From Muribaculaceae bacterium (GTDB lineage: Bacteria; Bacteroidota; Bacteroidia; Bacteroidales; Muribaculaceae), in assembly GCA_029062985.1 (NCBI GenBank), contig JAIDPA010000188.1, positions 7,684 through 71,683 on the forward strand: a DNA stretch of 64,000 nt. The letters run 5' to 3'. The notes under the pieces were generated by a model. The model had not been told where the DNA came from. It did no database searches and saw only the letters and a list, made by a program, of their open reading frames with translations. Both the position numbers and the translations under genes were made by a program. Positions 1-9,759 of the stretch are shown piece after piece; positions within the stretch are counted from its first letter, which is position 1, and each line of letters begins with the position of its first letter.

Positions 1-1
1 T

Positions 2-772
2 TTGGTTTCAATAGACATTCCCTCGTCAGTTACTTCTATCGGTAATGATGCATTCTATTACTGCACCGGTTTGACCTCGGTAGATATTCCCTCTTCAGTT
101 ACTTCTATCGGTGGCTCCGCATTTGAAGGATGCAGAGGCTTGACTTCGATAATCCTTCCTGAGACTTTGACTTCCGTCAGCGCTGAGACATTCAAGGCAT
201 GCAGCGGGTTGATTTCGGTAGTGCTTCCGGATTCTTTGGTATCAATCGGCAGACGTGCTTTTGAAGGTTGCAAGCAGCTTGGTTCAGTCATTATGCCTGA
301 TAATGTCAGATATATAGGAGAGAAAGCTTTCATGAGTTGTGAGAAACTTGAAAATATCACACTCCCTCTGAATCTTGAGGTCATAAGGGAGGGAGCCTTC
401 AAAAATTGTCAGGCAATCAGAAATATTAAGTATCGCGGATTAAGTCCGGCATCGTTAGAGTGTGCGGAGGATATATTCGATGAGAATGTATATGATGAGG
501 CAACTCTCTATGTGCGAAGCGGCACAATACCTCTTTTTATGGCAGTCGCACCCTGGAAATTATTTCTAAATATATCCGATACTTTGTCTGATTCTGAAAT
601 TACCGGTATTAATGATGCCGCTGAGGATAATACTATTGAAATAGATTCCTTGACATCTGTTGAAATTTATAATCTGAATGGAACAAAATTAACGTGTCCC
701 GTGGAAAATATTCCCTCCGGATTCTATATTATCAGTAAGGGTAACAGATTGAAAAAAGTTTTTATAAAATAA
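2..772 (+). CDS. BspA-family leucine-rich repeat surface protein, 3' part (gene starts before the window)
   Basis: Repeated IPxSVTSIGxxAF..C..LTS units; C-terminal EIYNLNG...GFYII...KKVFIK sorting-type tail. Confidence 0.85.
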   Translation: MVSIDIPSSVTSIGNDAFYYCTGLTSVDIPSSVTSIGGSAFEGCRGLTSIILPETLTSVSAETFKACSGLISVVLPDSLVSIGRRAFEGCKQLGSVIMPDNVRYIGEKAFMSCEKLENITLPLNLEVIREGAFKNCQAIRNIKYRGLSPASLECAEDIFDENVYDEATLYVRSGTIPLFMAVAPWKLFLNISDTLSDSEITGINDAAEDNTIEIDSLTSVEIYNLNGTKLTCPVENIPSGFYIISKGNRLKKVFIK

Positions 773-984
773 TCAAATCAGCCATTCTTTCAATTAAGGA
801 GAATGGCTGATTTGATTATAGGAATAACGGAAAAACAAGTTTTTTCGATTCGGTTAAGAATATATCCTGATTGGATTCTCCGGAAAATTGACCGAAAGTC
901 ACGTATTTTATGATTAATTTTGCACCCCGGGAGAGGAGTTTTTCGGGGAGAGACTTCATGAATAGTTAAAAAAATCGTCAAAAC

Positions 985-1884
985 ATGGAGAGGAAGATAG
1001 GCGGACATCTGGCTATGCTGGGTGCAAATGTAATGTGGGGATTGATGTCGCCGGTGGCGAAGATGGTATTTGCGGCAGGAACGGTGCTTCCTGCCATTAT
1101 GGTGGATTTCAGAGTGGCAGGAGCGGCTGTCCTCTTCTGGATAACCTCAATCTTTCTGCCGAAAGAAGATGTTCCGGTAAAAGACATGTTCCGACTTTTC
1201 GGAGCAGGTATGTTGGGCATTCTTCTCAATCAAGGCTGTTTCATATTCGGTGTCAGTCTTACATCTCCGGGGGAGGCGTCACTCGTTACCACGACTATGC
1301 CGATGTGGGTCATGTTTCTTGCATGGCTGATATTGCGCGAGCCCATCACCCTTAAAAAAGCGGGGGGAATAGTATTGGGAGCCGCCGGGGCAATTATCCT
1401 TATACTTGGGAGCGGAATAACTACAACCGGGGAAAATCCCGCCTTGGGCGATTTCATAGTGCTTTGCGCCCAGTTGAGTTATGCGCTTTATCTGACTCTC
1501 TATCGCAATTTTATCAGGAAATACAGCCTCGTGACGTTGATGAAATGGATGTTCCTCTCAGCTACTGTTGTTGCTCTGCCCGGCTCGATACATTGGCTGC
1601 AAACCGCGTCATGGACAATGATAACGGGAATGGAATGGAGTGGGATTGCATACGTGGTGGTATGCGGCACGTTCCTTGCCTATATCTGCATAATGATAGG
1701 ACAGAAGAGACTACGTCCGACAGTAGTGGGGATGTACAACTATGTGCAGCCGATTGTCGCCACCATCACCGGCATTCTACTCGGACTCGATTATTTTACT
1801 CCTCTGAAGGCCTTAGCTATAGTCTTGATATTTTCAGGAGTATGGCTTGTTACGATAAGTCGGGCACGTAAGGACGCTTCCTGA
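985..1884 (+). CDS. EamA/DMT family transporter
   Basis: 299 aa, about 10 hydrophobic segments in two repeats, LREPIT motif. Confidence 0.9.
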   Translation: MERKIGGHLAMLGANVMWGLMSPVAKMVFAAGTVLPAIMVDFRVAGAAVLFWITSIFLPKEDVPVKDMFRLFGAGMLGILLNQGCFIFGVSLTSPGEASLVTTTMPMWVMFLAWLILREPITLKKAGGIVLGAAGAIILILGSGITTTGENPALGDFIVLCAQLSYALYLTLYRNFIRKYSLVTLMKWMFLSATVVALPGSIHWLQTASWTMITGMEWSGIAYVVVCGTFLAYICIMIGQKRLRPTVVGMYNYVQPIVATITGILLGLDYFTPLKALAIVLIFSGVWLVTISRARKDAS

Positions 1885-1891
1885 TATCAGT

Positions 1892-2566
1892 CTATTTCCT
1901 GATAGCTCTAAGCACCTCCCGTTTTCCTTTCGGAGGACCGGGGAGACGTTCAGTCAGGAACCCTATATTTTGCAGCATGCGACGTATGTTTCCTTTGGCA
2001 CAATATGTCGACAGGACGCCTTCCGGACTCATGGCTTCATAAAGTTTGCGGAATATTGACTCCTTCCACATTTCCGGTTGCTTTTCAGGAGCGAAAGCAT
2101 CGAAATAGACTGCGTCCAGATTTGACGGAAGGTCTATATCGAATAAATCTCCCTTAATTTTTTGTATGGAGAAATAAGGATTAATGATAACATCCTTATC
2201 CCACTCAGCATCGTTGACCAATCTGAAAAATGGAATAAGGGAATTATCCTGATGAGGAATAAGACTATCTGTGATATGTTTAGGGAGGGGATAAAGTTCT
2301 ACTGAATAGTAGGAAGTCTTCACTCTTTTTTCTAAAGCTTTTTGAGCGGTGAGCGCCGCGTTGAGTCCGGTGCCGAATCCCACTTCAAATACTCTTATTT
2401 CCGACTTCTGCCCGGCAGCCTTTTGCCATGCAAGATTGATATACACATGAAGACTTTCCGAGAGGGCACCCTTTACGGAATGATAATGTTCATCCATCTC
2501 CTGAAGATAAAGGGTAGGAGAGCCGTCGGCAGTAGATTCAATCAGTATTTTATTGTGAATAGCCAT
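1892..2566 (-). CDS. mnmD: tRNA mnm5s2U34 methyltransferase (stand-alone MnmC methyltransferase domain)
   Basis: TADGSPTLY...EHYHS, EVGFGTGLN SAM motif, YFDAFAPEKQPEMW, GPPKGKRE. Confidence 0.9.
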   Translation of the reverse strand: MAIHNKILIESTADGSPTLYLQEMDEHYHSVKGALSESLHVYINLAWQKAAGQKSEIRVFEVGFGTGLNAALTAQKALEKRVKTSYYSVELYPLPKHITDSLIPHQDNSLIPFFRLVNDAEWDKDVIINPYFSIQKIKGDLFDIDLPSNLDAVYFDAFAPEKQPEMWKESIFRKLYEAMSPEGVLSTYCAKGNIRRMLQNIGFLTERLPGPPKGKREVLRAIRK

Positions 2567-2571
2567 ACAAA

Positions 2572-3405
2572 CTAATAATCTGTTTCAATATAATCAACTA
2601 TTTCCTTAGGGAGGTATTTCTGATAGGTAGCACCTTTGAAAACTATTGCATTCGAGTTGGAATGTAAGTTGCGGGAGGGATTCTCCAGAGAAACTCGTCG
2701 AAGAGACCAGAATTCTTTCCCTGAGATGGGTTCCCAGTTTTTCTCGCTATATACTTCATAATATGCCTTGTCTGTATATTCTATGCCGTCAGCCTTGAAT
2801 AGATACTGACTGCCATCACAAACTGCTTCAAGTATGAGTCCGGGAAGTCCGTGAAGTTTCCACGGACCATCACATACGGGAATTTCCGGAGCAAACCAGA
2901 CAGTCCATTTCCGACCATGGAAATCTGTGTGTGCCATGACACATTCATAGCCCAGGATATTTTTTGTTGAGTCTGCAATATCCCATTTTACTTCAGTCAA
3001 CGGTTCGTCCCATTTGAACCGCGTACCACTCGCGACATCATAAGTGCGAATCCTTTTTTTGCGGAATTCTTTAGTAATATAGAAAGACCCGTCGACACGC
3101 GGAATGAGGTGAGATTGTTTTTTCTCATAACATATCCTCTTAAACGTATTGAAACTTTCAAATCCCTCGGGTGTAGATTCGATTGAATCAATATATTCTG
3201 TTTTAGGAGAATAGAATTTAGATAATGTGCCATTAGAAAGCAGTATATATTGATTGGAAACATCAGCGTCTGCAGACCGCATGGTTTGTTCAGGATGTTG
3301 GTAGAGATAGCTTACCTTAATATCAGCCGTCTGTGCCGGGGAGATAATCACCACTGAGCACAATAAAGTCATTACTGTGAGTATTTTATTCATAATCTGT
3401 TTCAA
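2572..3405 (-). CDS. GLPGLI family protein
   Basis: Signal peptide; GRKWTVWFAPEIP..GPWKLHGLPGLILE. Confidence 0.9.
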   Translation of the reverse strand: MKQIMNKILTVMTLLCSVVIISPAQTADIKVSYLYQHPEQTMRSADADVSNQYILLSNGTLSKFYSPKTEYIDSIESTPEGFESFNTFKRICYEKKQSHLIPRVDGSFYITKEFRKKRIRTYDVASGTRFKWDEPLTEVKWDIADSTKNILGYECVMAHTDFHGRKWTVWFAPEIPVCDGPWKLHGLPGLILEAVCDGSQYLFKADGIEYTDKAYYEVYSEKNWEPISGKEFWSLRRVSLENPSRNLHSNSNAIVFKGATYQKYLPKEIVDYIETDY

Positions 3406-4243
3406 TGAGATCGTGAGCCATCCTTGCTTTCATACTTTCTTCACTATTTATGATTCTGACACTGCCATCCGGAAAGGCTTTACCGGGATTTTTGTGAATT
3501 TCACGCTGAAGTCTTCTGAAATTTTTGCGAGTTGTCTTTGTATAATCGTAAGATCCCGGACGCGGTTTAATCGGCTGATTAGTCTGTTCCAATCCTATGA
3601 TTTCAAATTTGTATTCTCCACCCTCGCTTTGGGCATCCATTATCAAGCCGGGAAGTCCCATCAGTTGCCAGGGACCGGATGACACAGGGATATCCGGGGC
3701 AAACCATGCAGTCCATTTTCTGCCGTGATAGTCGGCAGTTGCCATCTGGCATTTATATCCGAGGACTGTTTTTGTGGAATCTTCTATTGTCCAGGTTAGC
3801 TCATCAAGAGGAACCTGATATTTGAAATATTCCTGAGCGACAAAATCAATGACAGTCAATTCCTTTGCATCGTCAGGCTTTGTAACCTGAAAACGCACTC
3901 CGTTGGAAGGTATGTCAACCTTGCTGCTGTCAAACGTGATTCCTCCATTTTCTATTACAAAAGCGTGTTTTGCAGCATAACTGAGGAGTTCATTATATTT
4001 CTTTTTACCTCCGGGGGTTGCCATCAACGAATCATACTGCTCCGTTTTAGCACTGAAAAATCTTGACCCGACAGGAGAAGCAAGAAGAATCATATCATCG
4101 GTTTTTTCAAAATCATGTCCATCCACATGACGGCTCAGAGACGTAAAACGATACTTTGCCTTAATCTGTGCAGCTTGTTTATTCTGAGGATATACAGAAT
4201 AAAAAGAAGCTAATACTACTAAAAAGGATAACAGTCTTTTCAT
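3386..4243 (-). CDS. GLPGLI family protein
   Basis: Signal peptide; GRKWTAWFAPDIP..GPWQLMGLPGLIMD. Confidence 0.9.
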   Translation of the reverse strand: MKRLLSFLVVLASFYSVYPQNKQAAQIKAKYRFTSLSRHVDGHDFEKTDDMILLASPVGSRFFSAKTEQYDSLMATPGGKKKYNELLSYAAKHAFVIENGGITFDSSKVDIPSNGVRFQVTKPDDAKELTVIDFVAQEYFKYQVPLDELTWTIEDSTKTVLGYKCQMATADYHGRKWTAWFAPDIPVSSGPWQLMGLPGLIMDAQSEGGEYKFEIIGLEQTNQPIKPRPGSYDYTKTTRKNFRRLQREIHKNPGKAFPDGSVRIINSEESMKARMAHDLIETDYE

Positions 4244-6834
4244 TTTCTAAGGGATATTGAGATTAGAAACTCTCTGCCTCTGAGTCTGCGCTGACTCTCA
4301 AAGGAATTAAGTTGATTATACGTTGTATAGTTGTATGTGCGCTGATTAAAGATATTGTTCACCGCAGCGGATAATTCCAGTCTCTTTCTGAACTTAAATA
4401 TCACTTTTGTGTCAAGAAGGAACATATTTTTGAAATTGTCGGCTGTAAGTTCGTTGCGGTAGTGTTCACCGCTTATGTGCCACTCCCATTTCTTATGGGG
4501 CATGATATTTATCAATATTTCATTCTCCATGTTGCGGAGCCAAGAGGCTTTTGTGTCGTTCATGGCAAGACGACTCGAAACCCATTCGAAGCGGTAGTCG
4601 AAACTGAACCAGCGCAGAGGCGCGCCGTTGATTTTTATGCCGGCTGCCCATGTCGTGCCTACCGACTTTACCGAACTGTTTTCTGATATGAGGCGAGATT
4701 CATGCCTGTTGAATGACCCGCTTATATTGGCACTTCCCCTCATGAAGTCAAGTGTTTTCCCGAAGTTCCCGTTTACTATGAATGACTCTCCGCCGCTCTT
4801 TGCCGACACGTAGGAATAGACCAAGTAATCACCGAAAAGCTGCTGTGCCAATGTGTAGGGAGTGTTTCTCCATGATTGCATCACAAAGGCGCTTGCAAAC
4901 AGACCGCGTCTGGTATGCTTATATGAAAAATTGGCTGATACATTCTGCGAAGTTGAGTTGTAGAAACTGTCAGCTCCTCTACGGAAAGAACGATAGTCAG
5001 TCATCACATATCCGGGCTGAATAAGACTCAGATCCATAGGAGAGCGTCCGGTGCCTCCACGCAGACTCATCGAGAAGCGGTTGTTTGGTTTCCAGTTCAT
5101 GCTTAAAGAGGGAGAGAAATAGACTTCGCTGTGGTTGGCAATTTCCTTATCAAAATTATAATGAGCGAAGCTGACGGGAGCATTCAGAGTGAAGTTGACG
5201 CGCTTCACCCAATACTCAAATTTTGGAGAGACATAGACTGTTAAATAATTAGTGGTTATGACGTTATGAGATGAGATGTCAGTCAGGTCAGATAATTCGG
5301 AGAGGTCAGACAAGTCAGACCTCATAGATCGAAGATATCCTTTGATGCCCCCCTCAAGACTAACTGTCACTCCCTTCAGGGAGAACGCATAGGCAGCGCT
5401 CTCATTAGTGTAGAAAGCATGATCTTTGATGCGCTGATGCATAAATTCGTCATTCATCGCTACAGAAAGCGTCTGGGGTAATGATTCCCATTCGTTTTTG
5501 CTGATAAACGTCACAAGATGGTTGCCCTTGAAGCGCTTGATGAGTTTGAAATCGTTGGCGGCATAATAATCGGGGAGGGAAGAGGTCTGGCGGTTAGGTA
5601 ACGAGCCGGTCATTCCAAGACGTAGATCATCCCAGTCGATATTTGTTTTCAATGTGTTGTTGATAAAAGCTGTCTTTTGATTCAGTTCATATATTACCTT
5701 AGCTGACAAAGAGTGTGAACGTTCAATACCACTACGGTTCTCGGTAATGACTCGATTTCCGTCATTAAGAAAATAAGTGGTGAGGTTCGCTGCCTCTGCG
5801 GCAACTCTATTGAATGAATAATCGATCTGCGCTTTCAATTCGCCACGTCCCATTTTCCACAACTCATTAGATGAAATAAGAGCTGAACGGTTGAAGAGAG
5901 TTCGTCTACGGCTGAGGTTAGGTACTCCGGGGAGTGACACACTGACGTATCGGCTAAGACCGGTTTCACGGCGCGATGCAAAGAAATCTGTTGCCTGTAC
6001 CGACAGGTCATCACCAATATTGTTGGTCTTTAAAGTGGTTATACTTTGAAAATTAGGCATTACTGCCATAGCGAACAGTTCGCCGTCCCATATTGCTCCT
6101 TCCGGTTGCCATGCATATCCTCCTCCGGCATTGCCGTGGAAAGTCCAGGTTGCTTTTGCCTTATTTTTTAATTTCAGATTTATGGCAGCCTTATCAGAGA
6201 ATGATATTCCCGTCAGAACTTGCATAGGCTGATGATTTTCCATTACCTCTACCGCACCAACATCCTCGTGGCTTATGCCGTTTGTGGCTATACCGTATTT
6301 GCCTCCCAGGAGATCAGAACCTTCAATATAGAATTTGTTGATATCCTCCCCCTGATATTGAATTTTACCTGAGTTCGACACATCAATTCCCGGCATACGT
6401 TTCAGGACATCACCGATAGAGCGGTCTTGTGACTGCGCGAAACTTCCGACACTATATGTAATCGTATCTCCCTGCTCGCGGATTCGTTCCGCTTTTATTG
6501 TAACCTCCTTGAGAAGAGTATGTCCCGGTTCCATATTTATAGTCATCGGAAAGGAAACACTGTCGAGATAAAAAGTCTGTTTGGCGAAACCAATCATGGA
6601 AACTTCGAGACGGCATCCGGCAACCGAGGAAACTGCCATATTAAATTTTCCGTCAGTCTTGGAGACAGCGTATTTCTTTATTTTGCCTTCATTATTCTTT
6701 ATCATTACAGAAGCACCGGAAAGAGGTTTCTCATTTATGATATCAACCACTGTTCCGGATACGTCAATTTGCGCCAAGCATTCTGATATAAGGACTTCCA
6801 GAAACAATGTCAGGATTATTAAAACGTATCTCAT
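4240..6834 (-). CDS. Outer-membrane beta-barrel (TonB-receptor-like) with N-terminal carboxypeptidase-regulatory-like domain
   Basis: Signal peptide, VSGTVVD..PLSGASV, plug-like DVLKRMPGIDV, C-terminal barrel strand; in operon with GLPGLI genes. Confidence 0.8.
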   Translation of the reverse strand: MRYVLIILTLFLEVLISECLAQIDVSGTVVDIINEKPLSGASVMIKNNEGKIKKYAVSKTDGKFNMAVSSVAGCRLEVSMIGFAKQTFYLDSVSFPMTINMEPGHTLLKEVTIKAERIREQGDTITYSVGSFAQSQDRSIGDVLKRMPGIDVSNSGKIQYQGEDINKFYIEGSDLLGGKYGIATNGISHEDVGAVEVMENHQPMQVLTGISFSDKAAINLKLKNKAKATWTFHGNAGGGYAWQPEGAIWDGELFAMAVMPNFQSITTLKTNNIGDDLSVQATDFFASRRETGLSRYVSVSLPGVPNLSRRRTLFNRSALISSNELWKMGRGELKAQIDYSFNRVAAEAANLTTYFLNDGNRVITENRSGIERSHSLSAKVIYELNQKTAFINNTLKTNIDWDDLRLGMTGSLPNRQTSSLPDYYAANDFKLIKRFKGNHLVTFISKNEWESLPQTLSVAMNDEFMHQRIKDHAFYTNESAAYAFSLKGVTVSLEGGIKGYLRSMRSDLSDLSELSDLTDISSHNVITTNYLTVYVSPKFEYWVKRVNFTLNAPVSFAHYNFDKEIANHSEVYFSPSLSMNWKPNNRFSMSLRGGTGRSPMDLSLIQPGYVMTDYRSFRRGADSFYNSTSQNVSANFSYKHTRRGLFASAFVMQSWRNTPYTLAQQLFGDYLVYSYVSAKSGGESFIVNGNFGKTLDFMRGSANISGSFNRHESRLISENSSVKSVGTTWAAGIKINGAPLRWFSFDYRFEWVSSRLAMNDTKASWLRNMENEILINIMPHKKWEWHISGEHYRNELTADNFKNMFLLDTKVIFKFRKRLELSAAVNNIFNQRTYNYTTYNQLNSFESQRRLRGREFLISISLRK

Positions 6835-6835
6835 A

Positions 6836-7906
6836 TTACTCTGCCTGCTTGCTATTATCCATCTCTATTTCAATTCTATTTTTTTTCTTGTTGACAGTTA
6901 TCGCTTTTATTTCCGAGGAGGGAATAGTGTTAAGTTCAGAATTTGCAACTTTATTTCCGTCAACATATATGTCCATATTGATTCCTTCACTATTTTCCTT
7001 AGTTGACGAATTAGAGACAGATGGTTGAAACGGTTTAATCATTGACCTTACAGGAGAAGATGAAAGCAAAAATATCGCACAGACTATCCCTGCTAAGAGC
7101 GCAGCATATCTCGGCTTAATCTTGGATTTAATCTCCAGCGGACTATTCATCATGGAAATACGTTTCCTTATCTGGGAATAATTCAGATAATTGGCAATTG
7201 AAGAAAAACTTGAACTGACAGTTCTATTAATTAGAAAGAGTTGGTATTTTTTTGCATCGCATCCCTTGCCTAAAACGTAATCGTCAGCCTGATATTCATG
7301 AACGGTCTTCAGTTCTTGTCTCATCAGCCATGCGACGGGATTATACCAGCACATTATCACAACCGTCTGGGCAAAGAGCAGGTCAAATGTGTGGCGGTTT
7401 GAGATGTGCCCCCTCTCATGAAGAAGTATCATTTCAGGATTATCTTCCAGGTCACTTCGACTCATCAATATAAGATTGCCAAAGCTGAATGGTGCTATTT
7501 TTTTATCTGAGAGATAGACAGTATGACCTTCATACCCGGCTTTCTCGCTCCTGTTCTTTAGAATCATTATCCTTATAAATCCGGACATCGTCAATAAAAA
7601 ACATATTGAGGCTCCACTAATCCAGATAATGGATAAATAATCTATCGTACGTATTAAGGTATCGTTATGCAGATATAATGTTCCTGCAGTTACTGTCTTG
7701 TCATCACCGGATCCTCCCATATCAAAAGAATCCGAAATAAGCGGACAGACGAAGCTGACAACATATATCATGAGTAAGGAAGCACGATTTAGCATGAAAT
7801 TTTTTGTATCGGCAAGGATCAACCTATATATCAGCCAAAGAATTGCAAGCGACAGAGAGAGAGCTAATGAAAATTGAAAAATCTGTATCATGGAGTAGTC
7901 AATCAT
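6836..7906 (-). CDS. BlaR1/M56 family metallopeptidase (start taken at ATG 7906)
   Basis: TM segments, HERGH zinc motif, WYNPVAW, HEYQADD; next to BlaI. Confidence 0.9.
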   Translation of the reverse strand: MIDYSMIQIFQFSLALSLSLAILWLIYRLILADTKNFMLNRASLLMIYVVSFVCPLISDSFDMGGSGDDKTVTAGTLYLHNDTLIRTIDYLSIIWISGASICFLLTMSGFIRIMILKNRSEKAGYEGHTVYLSDKKIAPFSFGNLILMSRSDLEDNPEMILLHERGHISNRHTFDLLFAQTVVIMCWYNPVAWLMRQELKTVHEYQADDYVLGKGCDAKKYQLFLINRTVSSSFSSIANYLNYSQIRKRISMMNSPLEIKSKIKPRYAALLAGIVCAIFLLSSSPVRSMIKPFQPSVSNSSTKENSEGINMDIYVDGNKVANSELNTIPSSEIKAITVNKKKNRIEIEMDNSKQAE

Positions 7907-8276
7907 GCTTTTTATTTTCCACCATGTCCAAAAGCTGTTTAAGTTGGTCGGCATCAATCTGCTCATCTTTTACAAGCTGAGAGACGAGGGAAAAACAATT
8001 TCCGAAACACCTTTTCACCAATTTCCCGAGAGCATTACGCTGATAGTCGGCTTTTGGATGTAAGGCATAATAATTGAAAGAGCCGTACTTCCCTTGTTTA
8101 TGTCCGACGTATCCTTTAGATTCGAGCGCACGCACAAAAGTGGAAACAGTGTTTATATGAGGCTGAGGAGAGGGATAATATTGCACTAATTCCTTCACCG
8201 TACATGGTCCATGCTCCCACAGAAGAAACATTGTTTCCTCCTCTTTCTCTGTTAATTTTTCCTTTTCTTTCTTCAT
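7899..8276 (-). CDS. BlaI/MecI/CopY family repressor
   Basis: LTEKEEETMFLLW..GPCTVKE..HINTVSTFVRALESKGYV winged helix. Confidence 0.9.
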   Translation of the reverse strand: MKKEKEKLTEKEEETMFLLWEHGPCTVKELVQYYPSPQPHINTVSTFVRALESKGYVGHKQGKYGSFNYYALHPKADYQRNALGKLVKRCFGNCFSLVSQLVKDEQIDADQLKQLLDMVENKKHD

Positions 8277-8281
8277 AATCC

Positions 8282-8360
8282 TAACGAATTATCTCGTTGA
8301 GATTGCAAATGTATAACAATTATTTGGAATAAAAAAGAAATCAACGAGAAATCTCGTTAA
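8282..8360. promoter_or_regulatory. Two related palindromes (TAACGAATTATCTCGTTGA 8282-8300; TCAACGAGAAATCTCGTTAA 8341-8360), probable BlaI operators
   Basis: AACGA-n-TCGTT dyads flanking a minus-strand TAnnTTTG box upstream of blaI. Confidence 0.6.
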
Positions 8361-8421
8361 AAAATAAATTCATTGTGCTGTTATATTTTGCCGACTTTAT
8401 CGTATCTATAGTGTAAGCGAT

Positions 8422-8745
8422 ATGAAAACAGACCAACTCACATATTCATTTCTAAGCCTGCGTGACAAGCTTCACCGTAGTGCTCTGAAGATTCTCAAAA
8501 ATGATGAGGATGCCAAAGATGCCCTTCAGGATACTTTCTTCATTAATCTCGCGCTTGCGGTAAATGATCCTTTTGGCTGGAATATAACAAAATCCAAAGC
8601 TTATTACAGAGATTATGTGGTAAGCACACGAAATGATATTCACTCTCATGCAGTTTCATTCAGGGTGTCATGGTCATTCGGAAGGAATAAGGTCAATAAC
8701 GTGTATCGTGATAGCAAGGAGCGGGAATCTAAACGCTCAAATTGA
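8422..8745 (+). pseudogene. Deletion chimera: ECF sigma factor N-terminus fused to the C-terminus of an OM beta-barrel
   Basis: LRDKLHRSALKILKNDEDAKDALQDTF (sigma region 2) joined to NDPF...SFRVSWSFG barrel end; only 107 aa. Confidence 0.7.
8582..8743 (+). repeat. 162-bp direct repeat, copy 1 (left boundary of island)
   Basis: Identical by eye to 13319-13480 (offset 4737). Confidence 0.95.
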
Positions 8746-8875
8746 AACAGCAATACGGTTTTAGACATTCCACTATCACCTTTTAAACCATAAGCTGAGA
8801 ATACAGAGAAGTAATCACCTACCTCTTATTTGGAGTTGACTTATGGAAAAGTATATAGTTGAACATAGATGTAAT

Positions 8876-9118
8876 TCACCATTCTATTAACCCAGATGAA
8901 TACGGATCATTTTTTAATTTTATAATTAGAGCATCGATATAAGCAATTTTTGCTTTTAAAATATCCTTGTTCCATTTATAGGTTAAGTTAATATCTTTAA
9001 GCTGTAAAAGAATCTTTTGTTGAATTTCGTTTCCACCAATATATTCACCTTCAAGTTCTTTTAAATCTTGATATGCCTCCGTACGCATTGCTTCCAATTC
9101 TTCAAGAGTTAGTTTCAT
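8876..9118 (-). CDS. Hypothetical protein (AT-rich island)
   Basis: 80-aa ORF directly after 9121-9486. Confidence 0.55.
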   Translation of the reverse strand: MKLTLEELEAMRTEAYQDLKELEGEYIGGNEIQQKILLQLKDINLTYKWNKDILKAKIAYIDALIIKLKNDPYSSGLIEW

Positions 9119-9120
9119 AT

Positions 9121-9486
9121 TTATTCTAATCCAAATCTTTCAACTTTTAAATCAAATAAGTCACATATGGTGAATGTAATAGAATCGGCTAATAGGGTAT
9201 GATCATGAGTCAATACTTCTACTAATTGATTTTTATACTCATCACTTAACTTATTAGAACCGCACCCCATTTCAATATTATCAACTAATTCATAGGCAGC
9301 CAATCTTTTATCTTCTAAATTTGATAGTTCTCCAGTTTCCTCTAAAAGGTTAAGTAGTTTACTACATTCAAAAATTAGTTCTTTAAATTCAAGCTTATCT
9401 TTGTAGGAGGTTTTAAAGAATGTCACCATTGTCATAAAATATGACCTCATGACAATTGGTATTTGGGCTTTCGTATAGATACTCAT
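9121..9486 (-). CDS. Hypothetical protein (AT-rich island)
   Basis: 121-aa ORF with TAATTTG-like box upstream. Confidence 0.6.
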   Translation of the reverse strand: MSIYTKAQIPIVMRSYFMTMVTFFKTSYKDKLEFKELIFECSKLLNLLEETGELSNLEDKRLAAYELVDNIEMGCGSNKLSDEYKNQLVEVLTHDHTLLADSITFTICDLFDLKVERFGLE

Positions 9487-9659
9487 TATTTTTTTGTTTA
9501 TTTCCGCAAATTAGTTAAAATAACTATCTCGTACAAGTATTAACTGTACAAAATACGACAAAAGATGTCCAGTTGTTTAGTAAATTTTACTATATAGAAA
9601 CCAATAATGGTCTGAAATTAATCAATCGTTTTAGGCATATCCTTTAAGTCTTTATTATC

Positions 9660-9707
9660 GAGTTTTACCCAAATATTGCATTTTATACAGATGTTTGGGT
9701 AAAACTC
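9660..9707. promoter_or_regulatory. 14-bp inverted repeat upstream of the ATPase gene
   Basis: GAGTTTTACCCAAA ... TTTGGGTAAAACTC, followed by TAATTTTG -7 box near 9733. Confidence 0.6.
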
Positions 9708-9759
9708 ATTTATAAATATCGTCTTCTTTTCGTAATTTTGCAGTCTAAAAGATTAAAAC